DNA of 64,000 bases, from positions 526,939 through 590,938 of the forward strand of contig MU057377.1 in assembly GCA_013265495.1 (NCBI GenBank), read 5' to 3'. Below are positions 34,441-47,500 of the stretch, piece after piece. Numbering within the stretch: position 1 is the stretch's first letter; the number at the start of each line of letters is the position of its first letter. Source of the stretch: Vicugna vicugna (taxonomy: Eukaryota). The position numbers were made by a program, and so were the translations under genes. A model generated the notes under the pieces. The model did not search any database. It saw nothing but the letters and a program-made list of their open reading frames with translations, and was not told where the DNA came from.

Positions 34441-35278
34441 TGGAAGAAAAAAAAGGCAAAAAAGTTACCCCCAAATTTCCAGTTAATTTCACTATATTAA
34501 TATGTCAATAAGGTCTTTACATCTATTCTAACCAAATCTCAGACAGCTTCCCACTAATTGGGTTTAACCCTTCTTGCAACAAATTAATTAAGTAAGTAGT
34601 TAACTGGTCTCTCCATTTCTAACTACTACTGATATCTTTTAAACAGTTAAAAACGGTCTTGGCCAGCATATCGAGACGACTCTGGGACCCTATCAGATTT
34701 CACACAGCCCTGGCATCAGGCTTCTGTGGCCTTGGGCCCACATAATTCAGTACAGGTGACAGGGACCCAGAGCTACAGAAAATAACAAGTTGTGTTTTAA
34801 CACTGAGTTGTTTCCAGGCCCGTGCTGTGTTTCTAGACAAGTTTCCATTATAAGCAACAGCTTGCTCTTCCCAGGTCAGTGGTCACCCCACTCAGTTCAA
34901 AGTTGAGGATTTTCAGTATATGAAGGGATAGGTTGAATTCATCTAACTTACCCAAAGGGCTCACCTGCCTGTCTAGGTGGTCCCGTCAGTCAGGAGACAC
35001 AAGGATGTTTTCCAAGATATTGTGGGTTATTTTATCCTCTTCTCACTTCTAAGTGAGTTGGCAGAGTCTTACATTTCCAAGATTTATTTTAGATAAATGC
35101 CTCAATATACCTACAAAAAAGGAATAAAAAGCTAATCTTTTGCCTTTAGGAATGTGACTATATTCAAACTAATACAATATTTCAAGATGACAGACATGAA
35201 TAACTGTTGAGATCATTTTATAACATTAGTTTGTTACATGCGTAAAGCTATTAAATAAAAGAAACCAAGGGTATAAAG

Positions 35279-35284
35279 TTTATT
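35279..35284 (-). terminator. ASPM polyadenylation signal
   Basis: TTTATT on + (AATAAA on -) about 130 nt past the ASPM stop; a second one at 35083-35088. Confidence 0.65.
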
Positions 35285-35415
35285 TGTTATGTATCTTTTT
35301 TAAGTTTAATACAAAGTCAGATTTTAAAAGCTGTACAAAGAGAGCAAAAGACACTTTAGGTACGTGTCACCAGCTTTAAGCTTCTTTCACTGCCCACTCT
35401 GAAACGTCTGCGTCA

Positions 35416-35518
35416 CTAATAGGGGATGCCAAGCGTGTCCATCACCATCTGAATAGCTTTCAGAGGATTCATGCTTTCTTCCACCTTATCTCTTCTCAAA
35501 ACCCAGTCTGGCTTCAGT
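35416..35518 (-). CDS. ASPM: ASPM exon 28 (last coding exon)
   Basis: [33 protein letters not shown]; 103 nt. Confidence 0.95.
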
Positions 35519-38500
35519 CTGTGAGAAGAATAAAAACCTTGCATTAATCAGGGTCTTCTCTTAAAAGAGTTACCTCTACCGTTTTGTCTTAACTGAAACG
35601 TGGCTCCTCTGGACACCTCGCCTCCCTCACAATCTCTCACATTAGGTGGGAGGCTTCATATTCCTGCCTTTCCCGACTTGGAAACTATTTCTCTCCATCT
35701 TCCCTGAAAGATGACCCTGGCTCCTTGGAAGCTGAGGCTATTCAGCTACCAAACTCATGTGTTTGTAAACCTGGTTCTCCTTCTTCTCAACTCTGGTCCC
35801 ATCCTCCAAACGTCGGCCTCCTGCGGCCAGAAAGGCAGCAAACTCACCTGCCTGTTTTGCCCCCTTTCCTCGGATCACCCTCTGCCCACCCCTTCGCACG
35901 CGATCACGAGACAGTCGCCCTCAGGACGCGCACCCGCACCGACAGCGCGGTGTGAGGCTCCCGCGCTCCAGCGCCACTTCTGACTCGCCCCGCGCGCATC
36001 CTCCTCCCACGGCCACCTCCACCCGGCAGATCGCTGCCCTCTTCCCCCTTGTCTCGCCTGGGTCCATCAGCACAATCTCCTCCGCAAATGCCCTTAACTC
36101 TATTGTCGCTCTTTTCCACTGAACTCAACCGGAAAGTTCCATGCGGATTCCAAGTGAACCAAAGCTCTGCCTTCTCCGTTCCTGGACAGCTGAACGTGGA
36201 TAATGAAAAACTACAGAGCCAGGCTGGCTGCTTTGATGCCAGTGAGTGAAATTGCCTGGCAACTGCTTCCTCTCTCTTTCCCTAAGATGACTGTTTTATT
36301 CCTTCCTTCTTTTCAAAGATCCTCTCCACATCCTCCCAGATCTGCTTCTGAGCTAGTGTTCGCAGTCTCCCACTTCACTGAGAAGACAGCAGCCTCCGAG
36401 GGGAGCGCCTACGTCTTCCTCACACGGATCCCTACCCCTACGTGCAATTTCCATCTTCTTATTCTTTTGACTGGGGAGTGGCCAGAGGCCGGAGTGTGGT
36501 ATATCCACACAGCAGAACAGCACTCTGGGAGGTGAGAAGAAAATCTAAGCCATGCGCCGACACGGATGAACCTCAAAAGCATTCACCTAAGTAAGAGTCC
36601 GTCACAAAGAGCTACATTCTGCTTGACTCTACTTATGCGACAAAGCAGAAAAGGCAAAACTGAAAATACCGAATCATATCAGCAGTTTCCAGAATCTCCG
36701 GGTCAGGGGGAAACTGACTGCAAAAGGGCACAAGGGGGCTTTGCTGTGACAGAGATATTGAATCTTGGTGGTAGTGGTTTCACAGCTGAATACATTTGTC
36801 AAAACTCGCTGAACTGAACACCTATAAAACGGGGCATTTATGCTGTTGGGAGTTCTATCTCAGAAAACCTAACTGTCAAAAGTGGAAAAAGAAAGAATAT
36901 ATTCATTCATGTGTTACAGTTTTAAAAACATAATTAAAATTATAATTATTGAGCCCTTAAATAAAAATCATATTTAGAAATGGTTCCCATTAATAAATTT
37001 AAAGCAGATCTACTTTTATCCTGTAAAACATGCATGTGCAACACCAATTTACAACTATTATACAGCTTATGAGTAATTATAAAGCTAAACTGCTGTATAA
37101 CCCAGGTCATGAAATAGTGCATTGTCAACACTGTAGGATTTATACCTAGTGGAGAACTGCTGAGTCTCTGAAAGGGAAGGAGAGTGGAAGGGAGAGGGAG
37201 GGGGAGAGGGAAGAGAAGGGAGAGGGAAGGAGGAAAATTAAACGTGAGTTAACTTAGTTCATCAAAATCAATTAAATCATTGTTAGTAAGTTAAAATTAA
37301 CTTAATCAATTTGAAACACAATTTTACTGTCTGATTGAAATGTAAAGTCATAGCTGAAGTTCTAATGTAATAAATTCTGGACAGTAAGTGAATTCACGAA
37401 TAATAACAAATTTGTACCTTAAATCAATATAATAATTTTAATTTTATAGCATCTAATGAAAGAACGCTGCCAGAGATCTCTACAATAGAAGACCACTACT
37501 TCATAAAAAAATTTATCAGATATTACTCTTGAAAATAGTACAGTGAAAGGAATTCCACTGTATGTAAACTCGTGGGTTTATAACAACAGTAAAGGAATAA
37601 CTCACATGGCGAGCATCTCACATGGTGTTTCATTTTGGTCCTTGTTAATCTGCAGGCGCCACCAGCCCCCAGTGGCACCAAATCCACTTTTCACCCTCGT
37701 CTAGCCTCACCTCTCAGCAGTGTCCATTCTCTGTGATGTCTTCCCGTCTCAGGAACGATTCCCTTTCAGGGCTCTTGCCTGGCTCTTTCTCTACTTGATT
37801 TTTGAAGAAACAGGGGTTACCCTAGGCTGAGTTTGGGACTTTCTTTTCCATGTATTCCCTTCTTCTGAGGCTGTCAATTTCCTCTCCAGGCTTTAAATGT
37901 TATCTAATGACTCCTGAATGTAATGATTCCCCTAAATTAAATCTCTAGACAATTCTTCTGTGTAGAACCACAGATCTGATTTCCTAATGGCTGGTTTGTA
38001 TTTACCTCTGATTCATGTCATAGGCACCTCAGGCTTCCTGGAAACAAAACCCATGGTCAACATTCTAACCTTCCCCCACCCCTTCCCCCATCCTTCCCTC
38101 AACATCCCAGAGATAATGTGACGTCCCAGCCACCCTGTCTGCAGGCCCCCTGGTTATCCTCCATCCCAGCGGCTAACACAGGCTTTGTTACTTCATCCAC
38201 GTGGCTGCCTGTTGACTGTCATTCTCCTGAACTACTGATGCAGCTCCACACTGCACAGTGACACCAAGTCCACGGCCACAGTGGAGCAGCCGCCCCACAC
38301 GTCTCCACGCTCTGACAGCAAAGGTGCTATCTCTTTGGTTAACCAGCTCCACTAACACCTGTTTTTTTTAAACTTCTAAAGTTACATGTTTTAAGCTAGT
38401 TAAAGCCACTGTTACCTCCATAGGTCTGCTGTAAACTGAATGGTTGGCCTCCGAAAGATAAATTCACATCCTAATCCTCAGGACCTGTAGCTTGGTTGGA

Positions 38501-41500
38501 AAAAGGGTCTTTGCAGCTGAATTTAACTGAAGGATCCCAAGCTACAATCATCCTCAATACCTGGACTGACCTTAAACCCAACAACAAGTGTCCTGACAAG
38601 AGGCACGGGAGGAGGGGAAGTCTCGTGAAGACTGAGGCAGAGGACGGAGTTCCACAGCAACAAGCCAAGGATGCCGAGTCACCAGAGACAGGATGAGCCA
38701 ACGAAGGACCCCACCTGAGAGCCCCAGAAAAAGCGAGGCCCCACCGACAACTTGATTTTGAGCTTCTGGTTTCAGGAACCGTGGGAGAACAAGCGACTGC
38801 TGTTTAAGGCTCTAAGCTTGTGCTAATCTGTTACAGCGGCTGCGTCACTAATGCAAGGCCTCACAGAACTTCTCCAGAAGGAGAAATTCCAGGTGTCAGG
38901 GTGATCAGGAGAGGAGCTGGAAGCTGACGTTTTGGCCAACAAGGACTTTCGGCACCTCTCTGACAAGGCAGCTTGTCTCACGTGCAAGGAAGGGAACGAT
39001 ATGGCAGAGCTGATAAAAAGCCAGTTATTAGCCTTAGCACGTAACTATTTAATACCAGGAATTTATTGACTAATGACTAAATACTCAAAGCTGCAGGGTT
39101 ATTACTTCATCAACTACTGCAATTGTCTCCTGTTTTTTCACCAAAGGTTCTCCCTTGTTCACATGTGGTCTCTCCATCGTCAAGCGCCCTGTCTTGCTTA
39201 CAGGAGGTACTCAATGGATGTTTGCCAAGTGGATGAACGAATGAATTGACAGTGACACAAACTGTAGGGTACATTGACTGCTCACCTTGAAACTGTTCTG
39301 GTTCTTACAGGCGTTTCTGGAATGAAGTGAATGCTCATGGAAGAATTCTTCTTTTGGTTACAAAGTATTCTTTCAGTGTTCACTTTATGCTTATGAGCTG
39401 TAAGTCTGTAGAGACTATAAATACGGTCAACAACTTTGGACCTACTTCGAACATCCTAGAAAAGAAAGTGTATCTTTAAACTAGTAAGAAATAAATTTTG
39501 TATATCTTCTATGCTAGCAAAATCAATCACAAACACACCATGCAGTAAACTATAAACTTTTAACAATGAAAAGCCAAGCTCTCCAAGTTCAGCAGTTAGA
39601 TTGGTTTAAATTATGAATGAATTTATAGCAATTATGAAGGCAAATATTCAAAAATTATACACTTAACCCTATACTGAATAAAAAGCCAAACATTAAAGTC
39701 AAGATACCTATTATATATATAGTTCCAAGTCATATGAATTTTATGTCTTCAAAGCTTCCAGTTACTCACTGACCTCCGGTTTAGATCACCACATATCCAC
39801 ACCTGCCTCCTTCCTAGTGGTCTCGCCACATCCACACACATGCTCTCCCCAGACTGTTCTTCAATCAGCAGCCAAAGTGATATTCAAACTTAAACATATT
39901 CCAGTGTTTAAAATCCTTCAGTGGTTTCCCACTGTTCTCAGGATAAAAGCCACATGGCCTTTGGTCACCTCTACGCTGACTGTAATGCCTGGAGACAATA
40001 ACTCAGGCCTCACCAGAAAAATGTCTTCATGTTACAGCCGGAGGATGAGGAGTCAGATATGCCTGGATTTCTGCTTCCCTAGGACACCTGTTACTTCCCT
40101 CAAGGAGATGGGAAAGGTTTACGTGGACGGCTCTAATACACTCCAATTCCGTAATTCAGTCTCTCCAATATGTAAGAAACAACTCCAAAGTCAGCACAAA
40201 AAGCAGGTGTGAACACATACAAAACTCTATTTCAGTTGTGATAATTACTGAAAAATTATCAAAGTCTTAGACTTAAGAACATGTAAAAATAATCTCAAAG
40301 AAAGGAAACATTAACACTCACAGAAGCTCGATTTGTTGTCTTCAATAAAACAGCTAACAAACAGCAAGTTTTTGTGAAAATGCTTCTACTTTTGTCTGCA
40401 ACTTTGTCACCGGGCTTTTCCTGGTACATCTGCAGAAGCTCCAACAGTGTGTCTATACAGTTTTCCACCTCATAGACTGCTGAAGTCGTTTTCTCATACT
40501 GGACGAGAACAGAAGGAAAGTAGAAGTTATAACAAACACAGAAACTCCTAATAAGCAGTCCAGCCAAAATGAAAGCTTAGAGCCAAATCCTGGACCACGT
40601 GCAGCAGGTACTAAGGGCTTCGCGGAATGACTTTCTGACATTGTTCTCGTTTCTGAGCCCACCTTATATGCACCTGCATTTTACTGTTTTTCTTCCCAAT
40701 CTACTTTAAAGGTCCACAAAAAATGAATCAAATTTGAAATCTCTGAAAATGCGCATCTTGATGTACCTAAAAGCAAGCTTAAAGACAAGGCCATTTTAGT
40801 GAGAACCTCTCAAAAAAAGGTAACTTATCTGTGATAGTTAATCATAGGGTAAGATTCAATTAGCTACCCTGGAGAGGAAGGTGAGCTTGCTTAAAGTAAA
40901 ATAAATTTGATGATCATTAGTCTAGAATATATTTTTCATGCTTTAGTTTCATATTGGAATTTGCATGGTGACAGGTAATGCTAATGATACTAAGATAAAA
41001 ACAACAGGACAATATGAATACGGAACACGTGCCTGGTCTACGGTTCAGGTGCCTCACGCAGACTGACTCATTTAACCCTCACAGTGACATTGGGAGGTAG
41101 GTCCTGTCACTACGCTCACTTCACAGGTAAAGGAAGGGAAGCGGAGAGGCAAAGTAGCCTGTGGTGCGCGGCACAGCTGGGGCCTGAACCCAGGCAGTCT
41201 GGCGTCAGGGTCTGTGCTCTCAGCCACAACTCCTCAAAGAGAAACCCCCAGGTAAAGCCTCTACGTTACGGCTGAGGGGCTGGCAGAGGGGATGAATCTG
41301 TCATCTCAGTTCCTCTGCATGCATTATAGTTTAGCACAGATAACTGCCACCCATCCAAGGCCAACAGGCTTACCCCCTCACACCTGGAGTGTTACAGGGT
41401 GCCCAGGTTACAGCAGTAGCTTCATCATGTTTACCAGACATGATCAGAAGACGTTCTGCTGCTGACTCAGTGCAGTGGGTGCACGGACATCAGCTCTGAA

Positions 41501-44500
41501 GGCAGATCAACACGAGCCCCAATCCAGCTCCACCACTTATCACACTGGTCCTCAGGCAAGGGACCTACCTCCCGTAAGGATGACTACTCCTTCTCTATGC
41601 AATGAGCAGGGTGATAGGAGCTCCCTTGGAGGATTAATGTGAGAACTAAATTAGATGGTGTGTGAAAAGCACTGCACATGGTTAACAAGTACTCAACACA
41701 CGTTAGCCATCAGTGCTAGTAACATCATGAAAACAGAAGACGTAGTGTTTCTACGTACAGTCATGTTAACAGAGTAAACACGTCCCCCCGAGACTCCTGC
41801 ACCTAGTAGGTGAATTTGAGCTTGGATGGAAGTTCTAGTGATGAGCAAGCACAAACGAAATCCGCTGGGTCAGATTTCCTGACCGATGAACATTTCATTA
41901 TTAAAAAGCAAAACCACCTTGGCGACATTGAGCAAGACTTGCACAGCATATCCGATGACTTCCATACAAGGAACGCTACGATTACAACTTCGGATCAAGA
42001 CAAATATTTTTGAAATCGCTCCACTCTGGGCCATGTTCTCACAACAAAGTGAAGACAGTCTAGTAACTACCTCTGAAAGGGAAAAACAAGAGATACGTTC
42101 AAGGCAGCAAAATGACATCGTATTATCACAAAGCGCTTCGTGCACTCAAAGGTGAAAATGCACTTCTATCCTGTACAAGACACTGTTCAAACAAACCCAC
42201 CGAGGTGCTTCAGCGCCTCGAGAATAGCAGAGAGGTACTTGTACGTCAGGAGATGATGGAGAGCAAGAGCGGTTCTGTGGTACAGCTTGTTTTCCTCCCG
42301 AATCTCCCTGTTAACACACTGAAGTCTCTGTCGAATAGCTTTCATTTTTGCGCAGTCATTTTTCTTCCTCCAGGAATATCCTCTCCACAATGCCTTAAAG
42401 AGACAACACAGCACTTTTAAGGTTACAACCCCTGACGCTGTGAACTTATATCTACATCCACTTCCACAAAGTAAATATTTTCAGTCTAATTATATGATGT
42501 GATCAGATACTTTGCAATTAAAACTTCAAATCGGGTCCTAATAAATAGAAAAATCAATTTGCCTAGGCAGAAATACATATAATATTCCTGTATATAAACT
42601 AAAGCAGCATAATTGACCAAGATGTCCCAACCTATTCAAATTGCTAAAATACTTTTACAACTCTCAACATCAACTTCTTCTAGGGAATTTGAAAATAAAG
42701 GGCTTAACAATGAAATTATGGTTGCATAGTGTTTATGAATTATTCTATTGGCCAATCTCAGCTTTAAAATGTACATGACTGTGTTTTTTAAATGTTAGAT
42801 ATCACGTAGATGAATTGCAGACCACAATCTTGAACCAAAATCATAATATTTGCAGTTACCTGAATTTTAGTGATTCTGTCATTAAATTTTTCCTGCTTTC
42901 TACAGAGGAGAAAACGGCGTACTGCTTTCTGTATTACTGACGCAGCTCTGTTTTGCTGGCTTATACAATTTTGAGATTCATGCTGAATTTTTCTGATGCT
43001 ATGATCTTTCTGAAGACACCTCTTTTGCTGCAGTCTTGCTCGAAACCACCTCTGTTTGAAACATACGAAGTTTTTTTTTTTACTTCTGGTTTCTTAAAAA
43101 ATATATATGTATACATAAATGAAATAAATAGAACACTGTATTGAAATACTGGCCAACCACCCCCCGCCAGGGAGGTACGTTTCCACTCCACTTGGTGCAG
43201 CTCCTTCCAGGCCCCAGTGGGTGAGAGAGAGAGAGAATGTGTGTGTATGTGTGTGTGTGTGTGTGTGAGACAGAGAAAATTTAACACTGCACACCACAGT
43301 CCTCATTTCATAATTTATATAAGTCTTATCAAGCTATGTATCATTCTTCTATTTGTTTTAACTCGATGTTTTATATATAAGTATGTTAACATATACAAAC
43401 AAGACTCTTATCCAGGATACATAAAGAACTCCTGTAATCATAAGAAAAAAGAACTCAGCAGGAAAACGAGCAAAGTATATGAAAAAACTTTTTAAAGCAC
43501 ATCATACACAGAAAAGAATTTGAACAGCCAACACACATGAAAGTTTTTTACAATTGCTAGCAGTCAAAGGAAATCCAAAGCAAAAGTAAGACATAATTTT
43601 CTATTCATCAGAATGACAAAAATCAGTCTTCTGATGCCACGTGTTGGCAAGGATATCTAGAGAAACACACACCCTCAGATGAGCGAATAATCATAGCTTT
43701 GTCCTTGTACCAAAAAAATTAACTTATTTCTATTCCATCAAATCATCCTAACAGCTATATGGCAAAAGCTAAATATTATATGACTTTATTTATTAAATAT
43801 CAAATAATTTTAAACAAAAATTACATCATAGCTTTATTGTAAAGGAAAAGCTAACCTGAATACAGATGGCTGAGTTAACCTGTTTATTATTTGCATTCTT
43901 CTGAGCCACGTGAAGTTTATATGCTCTCTGAATCCGAACAGCAGACAGGTGGTAAAAGGCAGCTGCTGTGAAGCGAAGAAGCCTCGTCTTGGTTTTCTCT
44001 TCTAAAATCTAAAAGGGGGAAAAATTAACAACCAAATGTTTGACTCTTAAACAATCAACCAATGTTTATTTTTGTATATCCTCAATACCAAATTATATAA
44101 ATTAATAATAAGAAATTAACTCTTAATTATTAAAATTATTTCCATTGTAACTCAAAGTAATTATAATTCTTTACTATACAATTTTTTTCTTTTTTTTTTT
44201 TTTACCTCTTTCATGTGCACAATTTGTCATTGATTTATTTCTAATTGCAGAAATTATTCTGAGGGGGGAAGATAATTAGATTTATCTATCTGTCTAGCTA
44301 ACTAACTAGCTAGCTATGTATTTGGAGGTACTGAGGATTGAACCCAGGACCTCATGCATGCTAAACACGTGTCCAACCACTGGGCTATACCCTTCCCCAC
44401 TTACAATATTTTCAACTGTGTAACCTTTAAGTCAGAGTATAGAAAGTAAAATTATATTTGAGGAACTTCACTAAAGAATAATAGCAGTGAATTTAACTAG

Positions 44501-47500
44501 ACTACCCAGTAACGCCTGGCTAAGGCTTTGAATGTACTAACTATAGTGGGAGAAGTCTAGGAATATTAAACCCAGAATAGGTTAGAGTGTTCCAAGCAGA
44601 ACTGTTGAAGATGGTGATAGTAAAGCAGACAAGCACGTGAGGCGACTTCTCAGGTGTCGGACAGTTGCGCACACGCCTGGCATGAGACTCTTGCGGTGAA
44701 AGCTCTCTACGGTGGCTGCTGGCCTTCAGAGTTCCAACTTACACTCAAAAGAACAAAATACAAAAGATTTCTCCTTTACTTCAGTTACTTTGCCTCTGCC
44801 ACTGCCTCATACATTGGATGCCCCAGGCATCGCCGATTCCCTAGGAGGAATTCTCTCTCACTGAAGGTGCGGAAGTTATCCCAGGAACGGTCACACCCGC
44901 TCAAGGAGCAAAAGGCAACCTGAGTAACAACATCCTTCGCACGGAGCCTCCCTCCTGCCCCTTTCAGCTCCCTCGTGAAGATTTATTACGCAAGAGAAAG
45001 TGTATCTTGCGTTTTCAGTGGGCATCTATGGGAAGTGGGCTCATGGAACAGACATCTCTGGCACCATGACCTTGTGACACAGGGCCCTGCAGAAGCTGAG
45101 TGGGTTCAAGTAAGTGGTTATATCAGCTTTGAGATTATCCTCCAAAATCTCACATTTCTTAACACAATTTAACATCAAATATTTTCACTTCATGAGACTG
45201 TGATATTCTACTTAAAAACACCCTTTTCCTTACTAACCAACCACGCACCAGTGCTTGTAGAACAAGTGCAGATTTCTTTAATTAAACATACTTCCTCCTT
45301 TCACACCTCCCCGCCTTCCTGGCTCGTAGGTATCTTTGTATGGTCAGAGCAGCAGACTTCTGCCGGAGAAAGGCCTGCCTTCCTTTATACCCTCTAAAAT
45401 TTGCTTGGATCAAACAAGCAGCCTGATGTTTCTATAAGGAAAAATTTGCAAGTGACATTAATAGATAGAAATAATAATTCAACCTACTGAGGTGCTTGAA
45501 TTTCCTTTTGTAAAATAAGATGGTGTAATTATGATTTTTTTTTTCACTTTTAGTTTAAGAATGTCATGTTTCACACACCAGAAAAGGTGGTGTGATTTTG
45601 GAATTCATCGAGATCTAGAGTGAAAAATAAAGTTTTGATGAAGGTGCAAAACTGGAGCTTTTCCCCTTTTATCCTCTTGATACTTTTCATTGTGAACGAG
45701 AAAAGGACTAATGTCACGACAGGACAAATGCATTTGGTAAAAAGCCAGCTACACTCCAGAGAACGGAATGCGCATCACAAGCAGCTATGAGGGAAGCTGT
45801 TTGCAGCTTCAAGAACCACAGCGCGCCCCCAGCACATTCTAGATTCTTCAAACTTGTGCCATCCTTACAATCAAATACGAAGACACACAAAGTATCTGAA
45901 CTGAAATGGAAACTAGGTTTGTTTTACAACATAATACCCCACGTACTAGCTGATTGACCCTGAGCAAGACCCTTCCCCTCTCCAGACCTTGGTTTACTCA
46001 TCTATAAAATGGGAATGCTAATTGTAAGTACCTCATTGAGTTATTATGAGGACCCGATTGGTAAATACATAACACAGACACAATAATAATAATGCTATAT
46101 AATCACACATTGTGATTACCTGAGCATCAAAGTTTATAAGTATAATTTTAATTTTTATTTCTTTAATCAAAGACCATAGCTACTATAGCTATTCTAAAAA
46201 CTGATGTTAAATATTTTAAACAGATCACTAATTGTGGCTTAAAGAGTATATTATTAAGTGTTTGACTTACACAGGCATAATTACTACATCTATTAATGAC
46301 TTTCTCCAAATAAATTATTTATTCTAAAAGTCACTTTGAGAATATTTTATAAATACAGATATACAAACAGAAATACTCACAAATGTATTTTTACGAGTGA
46401 ATATAATTTTTAATTGACTGCAATGATGTATTTAAGATAAATGTATAGTTATTGACTTATTCGTTTTCTGTTTTCTAAAGAAGTTCTTTACAAATGAACT
46501 GTAGTTTTTTTTAACACCTACTTTCATCATTAAGAATTGTTCACGAGCTGTTCTTCCAGAAAGTATAGCTCTCCATTTTCTCTGAATGATAACTGTGGAT
46601 GCTCTCATATTCAAAAACCTAAAAAGTGATTATTGGAAAGCAATTTCAAATTACTTTAATTTATTCAGAAAGTATTATTGCCTCCCCCCATATAAATAGT
46701 AGAGGAGAAGGAAAAAATAAGAAAGACAATGAGAGAATAAAAGAAAGTGGAAAAATATAATTTATACTTAAGTTCTAGCAATCAGAATTTTACAAACACA
46801 CACACGTGTTAACACAATGCAAAAGAAGTTTTACAACTGGCAGTAATTACAGTGGTCAGGAAATACTATGTTCCACAATGAAAAAAGATTCTGAACAGGA
46901 TCAGAAGGAAGCAGGATCATCCAGATGTAGACAAAGCCTAGATAAAGGGGTGGTGTGCAAATGACGGCAGAGCAGGAACCCAAGTCCACACGGCAAGAGT
47001 CTGAGCAGACAGGGTGGTCACAGAGGGAGCTTGGGAGGGCGGGCCAGCGTCAGGCAGATGAGAAAAAGACGCTCGTTTGAAAGGAAAGATGGGCACCATC
47101 AAAAGATCTGAAAAAAAATATTCTGTAAACAGAATTGGAGAAAAATTCACGTTGTGAGGGCTGGAGATTAAACTTTAGGCATCAAAATAGTGGTAAGAGG
47201 TAACTGAGAAAGGACAGGCTGTTTGATCTGTTCATGGAAAAAGTGGAAAGATTAACTTAAGTCATGTTGCCACCTTTCTTAGAAAATAAGGCTGTCAACG
47301 GGAAAATTGGTATTTTGGTTCAGGAAAATTGGATACCGGTCCTTAATAGTGGAGTGTGGCAACTATATTTTTATTTGACAAGCCCTGATTCTATCTATGG
47401 AATTGATCAAGAAACTCTTCTAACACTAGGGTGCTCTCCTAAAATGATCTTTAAAATTGTCACTGTTACACTAATTCATCAGTTCTGGGGACTGAAGAAA

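Noticed and set aside
37170..37235. Purine-rich GGGA/GGAA tract
   Set aside because: Ordinary low-complexity repeat with no further support for function.
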